This document shows, in pieces, positions 55,074 through 64,000 of a DNA stretch of 64,000 nucleotides. Within the stretch, counting starts at the first letter, position 1; every line of letters begins with the position of its first letter. The notes beneath the pieces were generated by a model that made no database searches, had not been told where the DNA came from, and saw only the letters and a program-made list of their open reading frames with translations. Location: positions 16,118 to 80,117 of the forward strand of contig JACKBU010000014.1 in NCBI GenBank assembly GCA_020634395.1, read 5' to 3'. Position numbers and translations under genes: made by a program. This DNA comes from Ardenticatenaceae bacterium. Lineage in GTDB: Bacteria > Chloroflexota > Anaerolineae > Promineifilales > Promineifilaceae.

Positions 55074-55574
55074 GTGGATAAGAGCAAGTCTTTTGACATG
55101 GACGCCTACGTGGCACGCATTACCAGCGGCCCTTGTTTTATTTGCGAGATTTTGGCCGGTAACCCGGACTATCCGCACCACATCATCTATCAGGACGAGG
55201 ATGCCATTGTTTTTCTCAATGCTTATCCGGCGCTGTATGGCTACACCCTGGTGGCGCCGTGCGCCCATCGGGAGCAGGTAACGGGCGATTTTACCCTGCC
55301 TGAATACTTGCGCTTGCAGGCAGTGATTTACCGTGTGGCCGAAGCCGTGCGCCGCGTGGTGCCTGCGGAGCGTGTCTATCTGCTTTCGTTGGGCAGCCAG
55401 CAGGGCAACAGCCACGTGCACTGGCACGTGGCCCCGCTGCCGCCCGGCGTCCCTTTCCACGAGCAGCAGTTAGAGGCGCTGCGCGTGGAAGATCGCATTC
55501 TTGATCTGTCCGAGGCTGAGATGGCGGCGCTGGCGGCGCAGATTCGGGCGGCGATGGATCAGTTGGAGGGCTGA
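55074..55574 (+). CDS. HIT family (histidine triad) hydrolase
   Basis: GTG start after GGAGG. CFICEI and NSHVHWHVAP (HxHxHxx) motifs. Confidence 0.85.
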   Translation: MDKSKSFDMDAYVARITSGPCFICEILAGNPDYPHHIIYQDEDAIVFLNAYPALYGYTLVAPCAHREQVTGDFTLPEYLRLQAVIYRVAEAVRRVVPAERVYLLSLGSQQGNSHVHWHVAPLPPGVPFHEQQLEALRVEDRILDLSEAEMAALAAQIRAAMDQLEG

Positions 55575-58027
55575 GTATCCGGCGTCCCCAGGCAAAGGGT
55601 GATACGGCCGTTATCCACCTCGCCCACGACCCGGCCGGCCAGCGCTGCTTCTACCCGCACTGTTTGTGCCCGGGTAATGCTTTGCAGGTCAGAAGCGGCT
55701 GCGGCCAGGGCCTGGACCAGGTCGGCATCCTGGGCGGCCAGGATGAGCGGCGGTAGTTCGGCGCCCAGCGACAGGTTGTGCTCGCTCTTGTAGCGGCGCA
55801 CGGCCGTGGCGATGTCGATGAGCAGATTGCCATGGGCAACGGCCGTGTCATCCCGCCAGCTCTCGTCACCCACCGGCCAGGCTGCGCGGTGGATCGAGTC
55901 GCCGGCCGCGGCGAACAAGCCCTCGTAAATTTGCTCGGTGACAAACGGCAGGAACGGGGCGAACAGCTTCAGCGTGGCCAGCAGGGCCTCTCCCAGCGCG
56001 AAACGGGCGCCATCGCCCGATGGCCCCCCATCGTACAGGCGCTGTTTAGCCATCTCCAGGTAATTATCCGCCAGCACCGACCAGAAAAATGTTTCAGTCT
56101 CGCTCTTGGCTGTGGCGTAATCATAGTCCCACATCAGCGCCGTCACCCGCTCGATAAGCTGCTGTGTGCGCGCCAGCAGCCAGCGGTCGCCCAGGGTGAA
56201 GGCGTGGGGCGATTCGGGCTTTCCCGTTTCGGCCGTCTCCAGGAACCGTTGGCTAAAGCGGGCCACATTCCACAACTTGGTCACCAGCTTGGCTCCGGCC
56301 TGCACTTTTTCCTCGGAGATCACGGCATCGCGGCCAAAACCGGTGGAGGCTGCCCAATAGCGCACCGCGTCGGCCGAGTATTGTTCGATCATCGCCAGGG
56401 GAGCCACCGGCCCGCCGCCCCGGCTTTTGCTGATTTTGCCTGTGCCCTCCGGCGCCAATCCCCAACCGGAAATGGCAATGGTCTCAAACGGCACTTTGCC
56501 CCAATGATGGTGTGATTTGACGATGGTGTAGAAAGCCCAGGTGCGAATGATCTCGTGGGCCTGGGGCCGCAGGGCAAAAGGATAAACCTGGGCGTACAGT
56601 GCTGGATCGGCAAAGAACTGGCCCACGATCTGCGGCGAGAGGGAGGAGGTGGCCCAGGTATCCATCACGTCGCGCTCGGGCAGGAAGGAACGGCCGTTAC
56701 AGGCGGGACACGGCCGTGGCGGTTCAGACTCCACCGGGTCTACGGGCAAATCGGCTTCGTCGGCCAGCACGATTTGGCCGCAGGCGGCGCAGGTCCAGGC
56801 GGGGAAGGGCACGCCAAAGGTGCGCTGCCGTGAGATGCCCCAGTCCCAGGCCAGGTTTTCCACCCATTGGCGATAACGGGCGGCCATATGCGGCGGCTGC
56901 CAACTGATTTGCTCCCCGGCGGCCAGCAGCTCCTCCTTGAAATCGAGCACGCGGATAAACCATTGGCGGGCGACGATATATTCCACGGGCGTGTCGCAGC
57001 GCTCGTGGACGCGCACAGCCTGGGCGATGGGGCGGCTGCCCAGCAGCTGACCGGCCTGCCTTAAGGCGGCCACGATGGCGGTGCGCGCCTCTGGAACGGT
57101 GTGGCCGGCAAAGGCAGCGGCGGCGGTGGTAAGACGGCCGTCGCGCCCAATGGCTTCGATCAGCGGCAGGCGGTGAATGTGCCACCAGGCCACGTCGGTC
57201 TGGTCGCCGAAGGTACAGCACATGACGGCGCCGGTGCCTTTGGCGGGGTCGGCCTCCGGGTCGGCCAGGATGGACACGCGCTGCCCAAAGAGGGGCACCA
57301 TTGCCTGGCGGCCGATGAGGTGGGTGAAACGGCCGTCTTCGGGATGCACAAACACAGCCACACAGGCCGGCAGCAGTTCTGGGCGCGTGGTGGCAATTTC
57401 CAGCGTCCGGTCGTCGTCCAACCCGAAGGCCAGCGTGTAGAAAGCGGCTTCGCGTTCCAGGTCGTTCAGTTCCGCCTGGGCGATGGCCGTCTGGCACTCC
57501 GGGCACCAGATGGCCGGCGCTTCTTGCTGGTAGGCCAGCCCTTTGTGGTATAGGTCGATGAACGACCATTGGGCCAGCTTGCGGCTGTGGGCGTCGATGG
57601 AGCGGTAGCTGTAGCGCCAGTCGATAGACAGGCCCAGCCGCTGCCATAGTTCGCGGTAATCCTTCTCGGCCTCTTCGCTGACGGCCAGGCAGCGTTCGAT
57701 GAAGGCCTGGCGCCCGGCGAGAGCGGCGGTGATGTTTTCCCGCCGTTCTACCAGGCGCTCGGTGGGCAGGCCGTTGTCATCGAAGCCCATGGGATAGAAA
57801 ACGTTACGGCCGTTCATGCGCATAAAACGGGCCATGAAATCCGTGTGGCTGTAGGAGTAGACATGCCCCAGGTGTAAGTGGCCGGACACGGTTGGCGGTG
57901 GTGTGTCGATGCTGTAGATTACACCGGACTGGTCCGGGTTAAAGTGGTAAATACCGTCGGCCAGCCATTGGTCGCGGCGGGCAGGTTCGGCCGTTGTGGG
58001 ATTGTAACGTTTAGGCAAACTCATCAC
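55559..58027 (-). CDS. valS: class I aminoacyl-tRNA synthetase, most likely valine--tRNA ligase (actinobacterial/archaeal-like type)
   Basis: HIGH motif GHLHLGHVYSY and KMSKS-type KISKSRG. PMGFDDNGLPTERLVE matches my recollection of this ValRS subtype. The upstream T-box has a candidate GUC specifier. Confidence 0.7.
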   Translation of the reverse strand: MMSLPKRYNPTTAEPARRDQWLADGIYHFNPDQSGVIYSIDTPPPTVSGHLHLGHVYSYSHTDFMARFMRMNGRNVFYPMGFDDNGLPTERLVERRENITAALAGRQAFIERCLAVSEEAEKDYRELWQRLGLSIDWRYSYRSIDAHSRKLAQWSFIDLYHKGLAYQQEAPAIWCPECQTAIAQAELNDLEREAAFYTLAFGLDDDRTLEIATTRPELLPACVAVFVHPEDGRFTHLIGRQAMVPLFGQRVSILADPEADPAKGTGAVMCCTFGDQTDVAWWHIHRLPLIEAIGRDGRLTTAAAAFAGHTVPEARTAIVAALRQAGQLLGSRPIAQAVRVHERCDTPVEYIVARQWFIRVLDFKEELLAAGEQISWQPPHMAARYRQWVENLAWDWGISRQRTFGVPFPAWTCAACGQIVLADEADLPVDPVESEPPRPCPACNGRSFLPERDVMDTWATSSLSPQIVGQFFADPALYAQVYPFALRPQAHEIIRTWAFYTIVKSHHHWGKVPFETIAISGWGLAPEGTGKISKSRGGGPVAPLAMIEQYSADAVRYWAASTGFGRDAVISEEKVQAGAKLVTKLWNVARFSQRFLETAETGKPESPHAFTLGDRWLLARTQQLIERVTALMWDYDYATAKSETETFFWSVLADNYLEMAKQRLYDGGPSGDGARFALGEALLATLKLFAPFLPFVTEQIYEGLFAAAGDSIHRAAWPVGDESWRDDTAVAHGNLLIDIATAVRRYKSEHNLSLGAELPPLILAAQDADLVQALAAAASDLQSITRAQTVRVEAALAGRVVGEVDNGRITLCLGTPDTQPSN

Positions 58028-58039
58028 GCACCTCTTTTA

Positions 58040-58330
58040 GCTTGGAGCTGAAAACAAAAAACCCCCTTCGTCCCTGAGGACGAAAGGGGGATTCTTCCGC
58101 GGTACCACCTCATTTCGGCCGGTTCCTGATATGGAAGCCTGGCCGCACTCCTGTTCTGACCACCATCAGAACTGCGCTGTAACGGGCTTACCCGTGCCGA
58201 TCTACTCTTTTCCATGTTGGGCATGGTCCATTTCTGCGGCATCTTTCCGGGCGACTTTCGGCGGGGAGGGGGTGTGAGAGCTTTCAGCCGGCGGCTCTGT
58301 CCTTTCTTTCACCATCACGTCGCTTACTCC
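58040..58330 (-). promoter_or_regulatory. T-box riboswitch leader of valS
   Basis: Minus strand reads AAAUGAGGUGGUACCGCGGAAG (conserved T-box sequence, 58094-58115), immediately 5' of the terminator whose left arm it can pair with. Confidence 0.8.
58062..58090 (-). terminator. T-box leader terminator
   Basis: Minus-strand RNA CCCCCUUUCGUCC-UCAG-GGACGAAGGGGG followed by UUUUUUGUUUU. Confidence 0.85.
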
Positions 58331-58521
58331 TCCCGGAGCAGTGTACGATATGAGATTGTTGGGTCACATTATACGTGAGACCGAAGGCCCGTGGCAAGCG
58401 CTGTTTGAGACTGTTTTGGGCTCAAGGCCCCGGAGCGTCAGAACCGGAGACGGCCGTTCCGTCTGAGGCTGCGCAGGAGGGCGGGCTGGATCCGGAAGTA
58501 GCCGATCTCCAGGCAGCATCC

Positions 58522-58645
58522 CTGATTGACTGACAAATCTCAGATTTTTACCGCGGAGAGCGCAGAGGTCGCGGAGGTTTTCTCTGGTACGGGCTCCGCG
58601 CGCTCCGCGTTCTCCGCGGTTAGATATGTTTTATCGGTCAATCAG
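58522..58645. repeat. nested palindromic element (GCGGAG-type)
   Basis: Outer arms CTGATTGAC / GTCAATCAG. Inner arms CCGCGGAGAGCGCAGAGGTCGCGGAG / CTCCGCGCGCTCCGCGTTCTCCGCGG. Confidence 0.75.
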
Positions 58646-58733
58646 CGCGGCATCCTTTAAATGCCCTGTCCTCCTTTTTCATAGTACAATGACCACTGCG
58701 AACGTGAATTTGTAGGTTACGGGCAGGTACTAA

Positions 58734-61700
58734 ATGAAACGATCGTTGCTTACTTCTCCTCCGTTACTGGTCATGTTGTATGGGCTGTTTGGGGTTGTCT
58801 GGATTCTATTTACTGACCGGCTGCTCGCTGTCTTGCTACCGGATACGGCTCAGATGGTTCGCTGGCAAACGCTAAAAGGGTGGCTGTTTGTCGCTTTGAG
58901 TATGCTGCTGCTGGCCTGGATTTTGACATTTAGCCGCAAACAATATCGCCAGACGCAGGAAGTATTAAAACGACGAGAAAGGGAGTACCGGGTCTTGTTC
59001 GAGAACAATCCGCTGCCCATGTGGGTTTACGATGAAGAATCGCTGGCCTTTTTGGCGGTGAACGAAGCGGCCGTTACGCAGTATGGATATTCCCGACCTG
59101 CCTTTTTGAACATGACGTTGAAAGACATTCGCCCAGAGGAAGATATTCCCCGGCTGTTAACGGATGTGGCGGCGACCTTTCGGCCGTTAAACCGGGCAGG
59201 AGAATGGCGCCATCGGCGGCGCGACGGTACGGTTTTTCCGGTGGAGATCGTGTCGCACGCGCTTGCTTACGAAGAGCACAAGGCGCGTCTGGTGGTGGCC
59301 TATGATTTAACAGAGCGGCAGCGGACTGAGCAGCTGCGGCGTGAAAGTGAAGAGCGTTTCCGCAATGCTATCAAGCAGGCCCCGTTTCCCATCATTTTAC
59401 ATGCCGAGGATGGTGAGGTTTTGACCGTTAACCAAACCTGGATGGAAATCACCGGCTATCAAGCTGAAGAACTGGCGACCGTTTCCGATTGGACAGAACG
59501 AGCCTATGGCGAGCGGCAGCTGCCTGTCCTGGAGGGAATTGATCGGTTGTATGATTTGAACCAGCGCGTGGCGGAAGGGGAGTTTACCATCACCTGCCGT
59601 GATGGTTCGCAGCGGATTTGGGAGTTTAGCTCGGCACCGCTGGGACCGCTGCCTGACGGCCGTCGCAGTGTCATGAGCATGGCTGTGGATGTGACCGAAC
59701 GAAAACTGGCGGAAGCCAGGCTGCACGAAGTGGCCACCGAACTGGACGGCTACTTCACCAATTCGCTGGATTTGCTATGCATCGCCGACGAGGATGGGTA
59801 TTTCCGGCGGTTGAACAAACAGTGGGAAGAAACCTTAGGATTTTCCCTGGACGACTTGGTCGGCCGTCAGTTTTTGGAGCTGGTTCATCCGCACGATAGA
59901 GAGAAAACAGTGGGGGCCATGCAGCGGTTGGCTAATCACGAACGAGTCTTCGACTTTGTCAATCGCTACCGGCATCGTGCCGGTAATTACCGTTGGATTG
60001 AGTGGCGCGCGTCCCAGGTGGGCGATGCTATCTACGCTGCCGCGCGTGATATTACCGAACACATTCAGAACGAGCAGCAGCTCCGCCTCCAGAGTGCCGC
60101 CTTGGAAGCCGCGGCCAATGCCATTGTGATTTTCGACGTAGACGGCCGTGTCGAGTGGGTGAATCCGGCCTTTACCGAGATGACGGGGTACAGCCGGGAA
60201 GAGGCCCTGGGCCGCCAACTGAAAGGTCTGGTGCGCTCTGAGCTCCACGATCAAACAGTCTACGACGAGATGGCAGAGGCCATATTGTCCGGCGAGAACT
60301 GGCATGGCGAAATCGTCAACCGGCGCAAAGACGGCACCCACTACATCGAGGAAAGCTCTTTTACCCCGGTGCGCGATGAGCGAGGTGAAATCGTCCACTA
60401 CGTCGCCATCAAACAGGACGTAACCAGCCGCCGCGTTGCCGAACGGGAGAGGGAACGACTCCTGGCGCAGGTGCAGGCGCAGGCCGAACAGTTGACGCAA
60501 ATTATGCAGAGCGTTCCCGAGGGAATCCTGCTTCTGGATAAGCAGAACCGCATCCTGATGGCCAACGCGCAAGGGCAGGAATATCTGGCGCTGCTGGGCA
60601 GTCAGCAGGTGGGCGATGTCCTGACGCACCTGGGGTCGTTGTCTTTGGAGGCGCTGCAAACCTCGCCTACGACCGGCGGGGGTCATGAGTTGGCCACGGA
60701 AAACGGCCGTATCTTCAAAACGGCCGTGCGCCCCATCGAAACCACCGCCATCTCCGATGGTTGGATTTTGGTTCTGCGGGAAACAACCCGCGAGCAATTT
60801 GTACAGCGGCAGTTGCAGCAGCAAGAAAAACTGGCGGCCATTGGCCAGTTGGCCGCAGGCATTGCCCACGATTTCAACAACATCATGGCCGTCATCATCC
60901 TCTACGCCCAGTTAGCCGAAAAGGCGCCCGACCTGGGTGATGCCGTTCGCCAGCGGCTGAATGTAATTGTCCAGCAGGCCAATAGAGCGGCGGCCTTGAT
61001 CCAGCAAATTTTGGATTTCAGTCACAAGTCGGTTATGAAACGCCAGCCGGCCGATTTGCTGGCGCTTTTGCAGGAGCAGATTGAACTGCTGCAGCGCATG
61101 CTGCCGGAAAACATCGACATCCAGTTCAGCTACCAACCGGACGAATACATCATCCTGGCTGATTTGCCCCGCATCCAGCAATCGATCATGAATCTGGCCG
61201 TTAACGCCCGCGATGCCATGACTGCGGGCGGACGGCTTCTGATACATCTGACCCGCCTCACCATTCCCAGCGGCCAAAAATCGCCGCTGCCCCGTATGGC
61301 TCCCGGCGAATGGATTCAGCTTGTTATCCGTGATACGGGCGGGGGCATCGCGCCCGACTTGCTGCCGCGCGTGTTTGAACCGTTTTTCACCACCAAAAAA
61401 CCGGGCGCCGGTACGGGCCTGGGTCTGGCGCAGGTTCATGGCATTATCACCCAGCATGATGGCGACATTGTGGTGGAAAGCCAGCCGGGCGAGGGCACAA
61501 CCTTCACGATCTATTTGCCTGCTTTAAAAGTGGAGGGTGAACTACAAACGGCCGTGCCCGACATGACACTTCCCATGGGCAGCGGCGAGTTGTTGTTGAT
61601 CGTCGAGGATCAAGAACCGCTGCGCCAGGCTCTGGCTGAAAGTCTGGCGGCCTGGCATTACCGGACGCTGACGGCCGCTAACGGCGAAGAGGCGCTGGCC

Positions 61701-61985
61701 CTGCTCGACCAACAAGAGGACGTGGCACTCGTCATCAGTGACATTATTATGCCCAGAATGGGTGGGGAAACACTGGTGAAAAATATCCGTCAGCGAGATG
61801 TACAGATTCCTATTCTGTTGATGTCTGGCCATCCGCTGGATGTTGATATGTCTAAGTTTGGCGTGCTGGGTGTCTCGATCGTGTTGGGAAAACCAATTCA
61901 GCCGGAGCAGTTGGCCCGGACGGTCGCTGTGGCCCTGGGTAAAAACCTGCTGCCGCCCGGCCCGACTGACTCCAGCAGCTTATAA
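58734..61985 (+). CDS. hybrid sensor histidine kinase (TM + multiple PAS + HisKA/HATPase + receiver)
   Basis: H-box [11 protein letters not shown]. ATPase boxes [16 protein letters not shown] and GTGLGLA. C-terminal receiver [10 protein letters not shown]...[12 protein letters not shown]. Confidence 0.9.
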   Translation: MKRSLLTSPPLLVMLYGLFGVVWILFTDRLLAVLLPDTAQMVRWQTLKGWLFVALSMLLLAWILTFSRKQYRQTQEVLKRREREYRVLFENNPLPMWVYDEESLAFLAVNEAAVTQYGYSRPAFLNMTLKDIRPEEDIPRLLTDVAATFRPLNRAGEWRHRRRDGTVFPVEIVSHALAYEEHKARLVVAYDLTERQRTEQLRRESEERFRNAIKQAPFPIILHAEDGEVLTVNQTWMEITGYQAEELATVSDWTERAYGERQLPVLEGIDRLYDLNQRVAEGEFTITCRDGSQRIWEFSSAPLGPLPDGRRSVMSMAVDVTERKLAEARLHEVATELDGYFTNSLDLLCIADEDGYFRRLNKQWEETLGFSLDDLVGRQFLELVHPHDREKTVGAMQRLANHERVFDFVNRYRHRAGNYRWIEWRASQVGDAIYAAARDITEHIQNEQQLRLQSAALEAAANAIVIFDVDGRVEWVNPAFTEMTGYSREEALGRQLKGLVRSELHDQTVYDEMAEAILSGENWHGEIVNRRKDGTHYIEESSFTPVRDERGEIVHYVAIKQDVTSRRVAERERERLLAQVQAQAEQLTQIMQSVPEGILLLDKQNRILMANAQGQEYLALLGSQQVGDVLTHLGSLSLEALQTSPTTGGGHELATENGRIFKTAVRPIETTAISDGWILVLRETTREQFVQRQLQQQEKLAAIGQLAAGIAHDFNNIMAVIILYAQLAEKAPDLGDAVRQRLNVIVQQANRAAALIQQILDFSHKSVMKRQPADLLALLQEQIELLQRMLPENIDIQFSYQPDEYIILADLPRIQQSIMNLAVNARDAMTAGGRLLIHLTRLTIPSGQKSPLPRMAPGEWIQLVIRDTGGGIAPDLLPRVFEPFFTTKKPGAGTGLGLAQVHGIITQHDGDIVVESQPGEGTTFTIYLPALKVEGELQTAVPDMTLPMGSGELLLIVEDQEPLRQALAESLAAWHYRTLTAANGEEALALLDQQEDVALVISDIIMPRMGGETLVKNIRQRDVQIPILLMSGHPLDVDMSKFGVLGVSIVLGKPIQPEQLARTVAVALGKNLLPPGPTDSSSL

Positions 61986-62564
61986 CAGTTTGCTGATCAG
62001 GTCCTTGTGCGGTGAAGGGATGACGGTGAAGGAATCGATGACGCCTTCGTCCTTGAGTTTGGCTACGGCCGTTTCCACCCCGCTCCGCACTGCGCTTATC
62101 TCGCCGGTAAACACGGTAAATGCTTTGCCACCCATGGCAAACGGCAGGCGGATTTCGATGAGTTGCAGGGGGGCGGCTTTAACGGCCGTATCCGCCGCCA
62201 CAATCGCCGCCGCCAGCGTAAACGTCTCCACCACGCCGATGGACTTCACTTCCTCAATTTCTGTCGTCGCCGTCAGCGCCGGGAAGACGCTGGGATGCAC
62301 GTTGGAGAGGATGAAATGGTCTACCACCACCTCCGGCGCGACCTGCTGCCCTACGGCTACGGCATTTTTCACGTGGCTGATGGCCCCGGCGATGAGGATG
62401 ATGTACTTGCCAGGGCAGACCACGTGGGCGCGCAGCAGCTCCACATCGGCCGCCTTCAGGAGGGCGTCGGTGGTCAATATACCGCGCGCGATGCTGCGCA
62501 GTTCAATCAGGCCAATGGCCCGTTTGGGGGTTGTTGTTCGGGGGATTTCAATTTGTGGCATCAT
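61980..62564 (-). CDS. tandem-BMC-domain microcompartment shell protein (BMC-T, PduT-like)
   Basis: Two BMC repeats: AIGLIELRSIARGILTTDALLKAADVELL...CPGKY and SIGVVETFTLAAAIVAADTAVKAAPLQLIEI...GGKAF. Start at ATG-ATG 62564; the longer ORF reads through a hairpin. Confidence 0.8.
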   Translation of the reverse strand: MMPQIEIPRTTTPKRAIGLIELRSIARGILTTDALLKAADVELLRAHVVCPGKYIILIAGAISHVKNAVAVGQQVAPEVVVDHFILSNVHPSVFPALTATTEIEEVKSIGVVETFTLAAAIVAADTAVKAAPLQLIEIRLPFAMGGKAFTVFTGEISAVRSGVETAVAKLKDEGVIDSFTVIPSPHKDLISKLL

Positions 62565-62599
62565 CTTATTTCGCCTCGGATGACGGAGTTGATTAGTTG

Positions 62600-62661
62600 G
62601 TTTGTTGGTTTGTTTGTTGGTTGGTTTGCTACCTAACCAACCAACAAACAAACCAACTAAC
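62600..62661. repeat. low-complexity hairpin with a 23-bp perfect stem
   Basis: 62604-62626 GTTGGTTTGTTTGTTGGTTGGTT pairs perfectly with 62635-62657. 8-nt loop TGCTACCT. Confidence 0.9.
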
Positions 62662-62671
62662 AAACTTCTTC

Positions 62672-64000
62672 TTACCCAACTTCCTTCGCTTCAATCACAA
62701 TAGATTCATTACTAACACTGACCACCACGCCGTCCATGCTGGCGTGGACCGGCGCGCCGAGGCCGCCTTTGGTAATTTCGCCAACCAGGTCACCGCATTT
62801 CACCACATCGCCCACTTTGACGACCGGCCACGCCGGCATGCCGATGTGCTGGCGCATGAGCAGTTCGACGCGGGTGAAGGGGGTGGAGACGGCCGTTAAC
62901 GGGGCCGCCACGTCATACTTCGCCAGATCCAGCCGGTTAATCAGCCGGGTCATCGGCACGCGGCGATAATCGCGGTAGGGGTCAGCTTCCGTGGTGCGGT
63001 GGTAGGGATTTTTCATCCCCTCGCGCACCAGATCACGTTTGATATTCAGGGCAATGTCGCCCGGCGACAGGTGTACCGGGCAGGCATAGTTGCAGGTGCG
63101 GCATTCACAGCACAGCATCGCCCCGGCCATCTGCGCGTCCGTCAGCGGCACGCCGGAAGCCAGCAGCAAGATCAGCTTGTGGGGCTGGATGGCATGGCCC
63201 TGCGCGTGGCGCGGGCAGTAGTCGGTGCACATGTAGCACTGGTCGCACGCGGCAATGGCGTGGGCGTCGAATATTTCGCGCGGCGTGCGCCGCTTGACGC
63301 TGAGTTGGTGATCGTAGGGGAGCACCAGCAGCATCTTGGTGCGCTTGGTCACGGGGGCGTCCAGGTCACCCACCACATTGCCCATCATCGCCCCGCCATC
63401 CAGAATGACGGGATCGGGCGTGGTGAGACCGCCGGCCAGGGCCAGCACGTCGCGCAGGCGGATGCCAATCGGCACTTTGACGGTCACGGGCTGGCGCACG
63501 GCGCCAATGACGGTGATGAATTTTTCGGTGACGGGACGGCCGTGTAACGCCGCGTCAATGTTGTAAAGTGTCTCAATGTTCTGCACCACGCAGCCCACGT
63601 CGATGGGCAGGCCGCCTTCCGGCACCACGCGGCCCATCACGTCGTACACCAGCACTTGCTCATCGCCCGCCGGGTAAAAATTGCCCAGTTCGGCAATGGT
63701 GATGTCGGTAGCGTCGCCCAGCGCTTTGCGCAGCTTGGCAATCACTTCTTTATACTTGCCCTTCACGCCCAAAATGCCCCGCGCCGCGCCGGTGGAGTGC
63801 ATCGCCGCCCGCAGCCCGGCAATCACTTCCGGGGCGTGATGGAGCATGAGCTGCTTATCCACGTGGGTCAGCGGCTCGCACTCCGCTCCATTGGCGATGA
63901 CCACTTCGGCCTGCGCCTGGAGCTTGACGTAAGTCGGGAATCCGGCCCCCCCGGCCCCGGTCACACCGGCGGCCTGCACCGCCTGGACAATTTCTTGCGT
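62672..64000 (-). CDS. PduS/RnfC-like Fe-S flavoprotein (NADH-dehydrogenase 51-kDa-like + SLBB + 2x[4Fe-4S]), 5' end beyond window
   Basis: GVTGAGGAGFPTYVKL. Ferredoxin motifs CDQCYMCTDYCP and CCECRTCNYACP. C-terminal barrel-sandwich-like VKVGDVVKCGDLVGEI. The frame stays open to position 64000; the M in the ORF track is an internal GTG. Confidence 0.8.
   Translation of the reverse strand, partial: TQEIVQAVQAAGVTGAGGAGFPTYVKLQAQAEVVIANGAECEPLTHVDKQLMLHHAPEVIAGLRAAMHSTGAARGILGVKGKYKEVIAKLRKALGDATDITIAELGNFYPAGDEQVLVYDVMGRVVPEGGLPIDVGCVVQNIETLYNIDAALHGRPVTEKFITVIGAVRQPVTVKVPIGIRLRDVLALAGGLTTPDPVILDGGAMMGNVVGDLDAPVTKRTKMLLVLPYDHQLSVKRRTPREIFDAHAIAACDQCYMCTDYCPRHAQGHAIQPHKLILLLASGVPLTDAQMAGAMLCCECRTCNYACPVHLSPGDIALNIKRDLVREGMKNPYHRTTEADPYRDYRRVPMTRLINRLDLAKYDVAAPLTAVSTPFTRVELLMRQHIGMPAWPVVKVGDVVKCGDLVGEITKGGLGAPVHASMDGVVVSVSNESIVIEAKEVG

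Noticed and set aside
54840-55460. 206-aa minus-strand ORF with a PQSSFHT repeat tail
   Set aside because: It is antisense to the well-supported HIT gene, and its tail is just the 21-bp array read in frame.
62565-62663. N-terminal extension of the BMC-T ORF (MLVGLFVGWLGSKPTNKQTNKPTNQ...)
   Set aside because: This is a translation of the low-complexity hairpin. BMC homology starts after the ATG-ATG at 62564.
1-64000. tRNA, rRNA, tmRNA or other classical RNA genes
   Set aside because: I found no cloverleaf-compatible segments with a T-loop (GGTTCGAATCC-like) or rRNA signatures while reading the intergenic regions. Only the T-box leader was convincing.

Overview
GC-rich bacterial chromosomal segment. 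Protein flavour and a T-box leader suggest a Chloroflexota-like organism, but this is unverified. About 50 genes are supported. Housekeeping genes sit at both ends: S41 peptidase, smpB, coaBC, a DHH phosphoesterase, a HIT protein, and a T-box-controlled valS. The centre (about 12-40 kb) is a sulfate/sulfate-ester island with two Cys-type arylsulfatases, an anaerobic sulfatase maturase, four SulP/STAS permeases in two tandem pairs, two HdeD/DUF308 proteins, a MalT-like STAND/LuxR regulator and K+ channels. The island is unusually saturated with DUF1269-like glycine-zipper proteins: eight copies there plus a ninth at 53 kb, including fusions to an arylsulfatase and to a DAG-kinase-like lipid kinase. 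A second block (43.5-54.6 kb) encodes membrane-associated enzymes: two adjacent DUF360/holin-like fusions to an AlkP-type and a UbiB-type domain, an AI-2E transporter, an SPFH protein and two lipid kinases. The right edge enters a bacterial microcompartment locus (tandem-BMC shell protein and a PduS-like Fe-S flavoprotein). The strongest non-genic signal is the palindromic octamer ACGGCCGT. I counted about 100 copies by hand where about 2 are expected. It occurs in all reading frames and in terminator hairpins, which resembles the HIP1 highly iterated palindrome of cyanobacteria. Other unexplained structure includes three intergenic 21-bp tandem arrays, a family of GC-rich nested palindromic elements, and a 23-bp (GGTT)n-type hairpin between microcompartment genes. 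No rRNA, tRNA, CRISPR, transposase or integrase was recognised.
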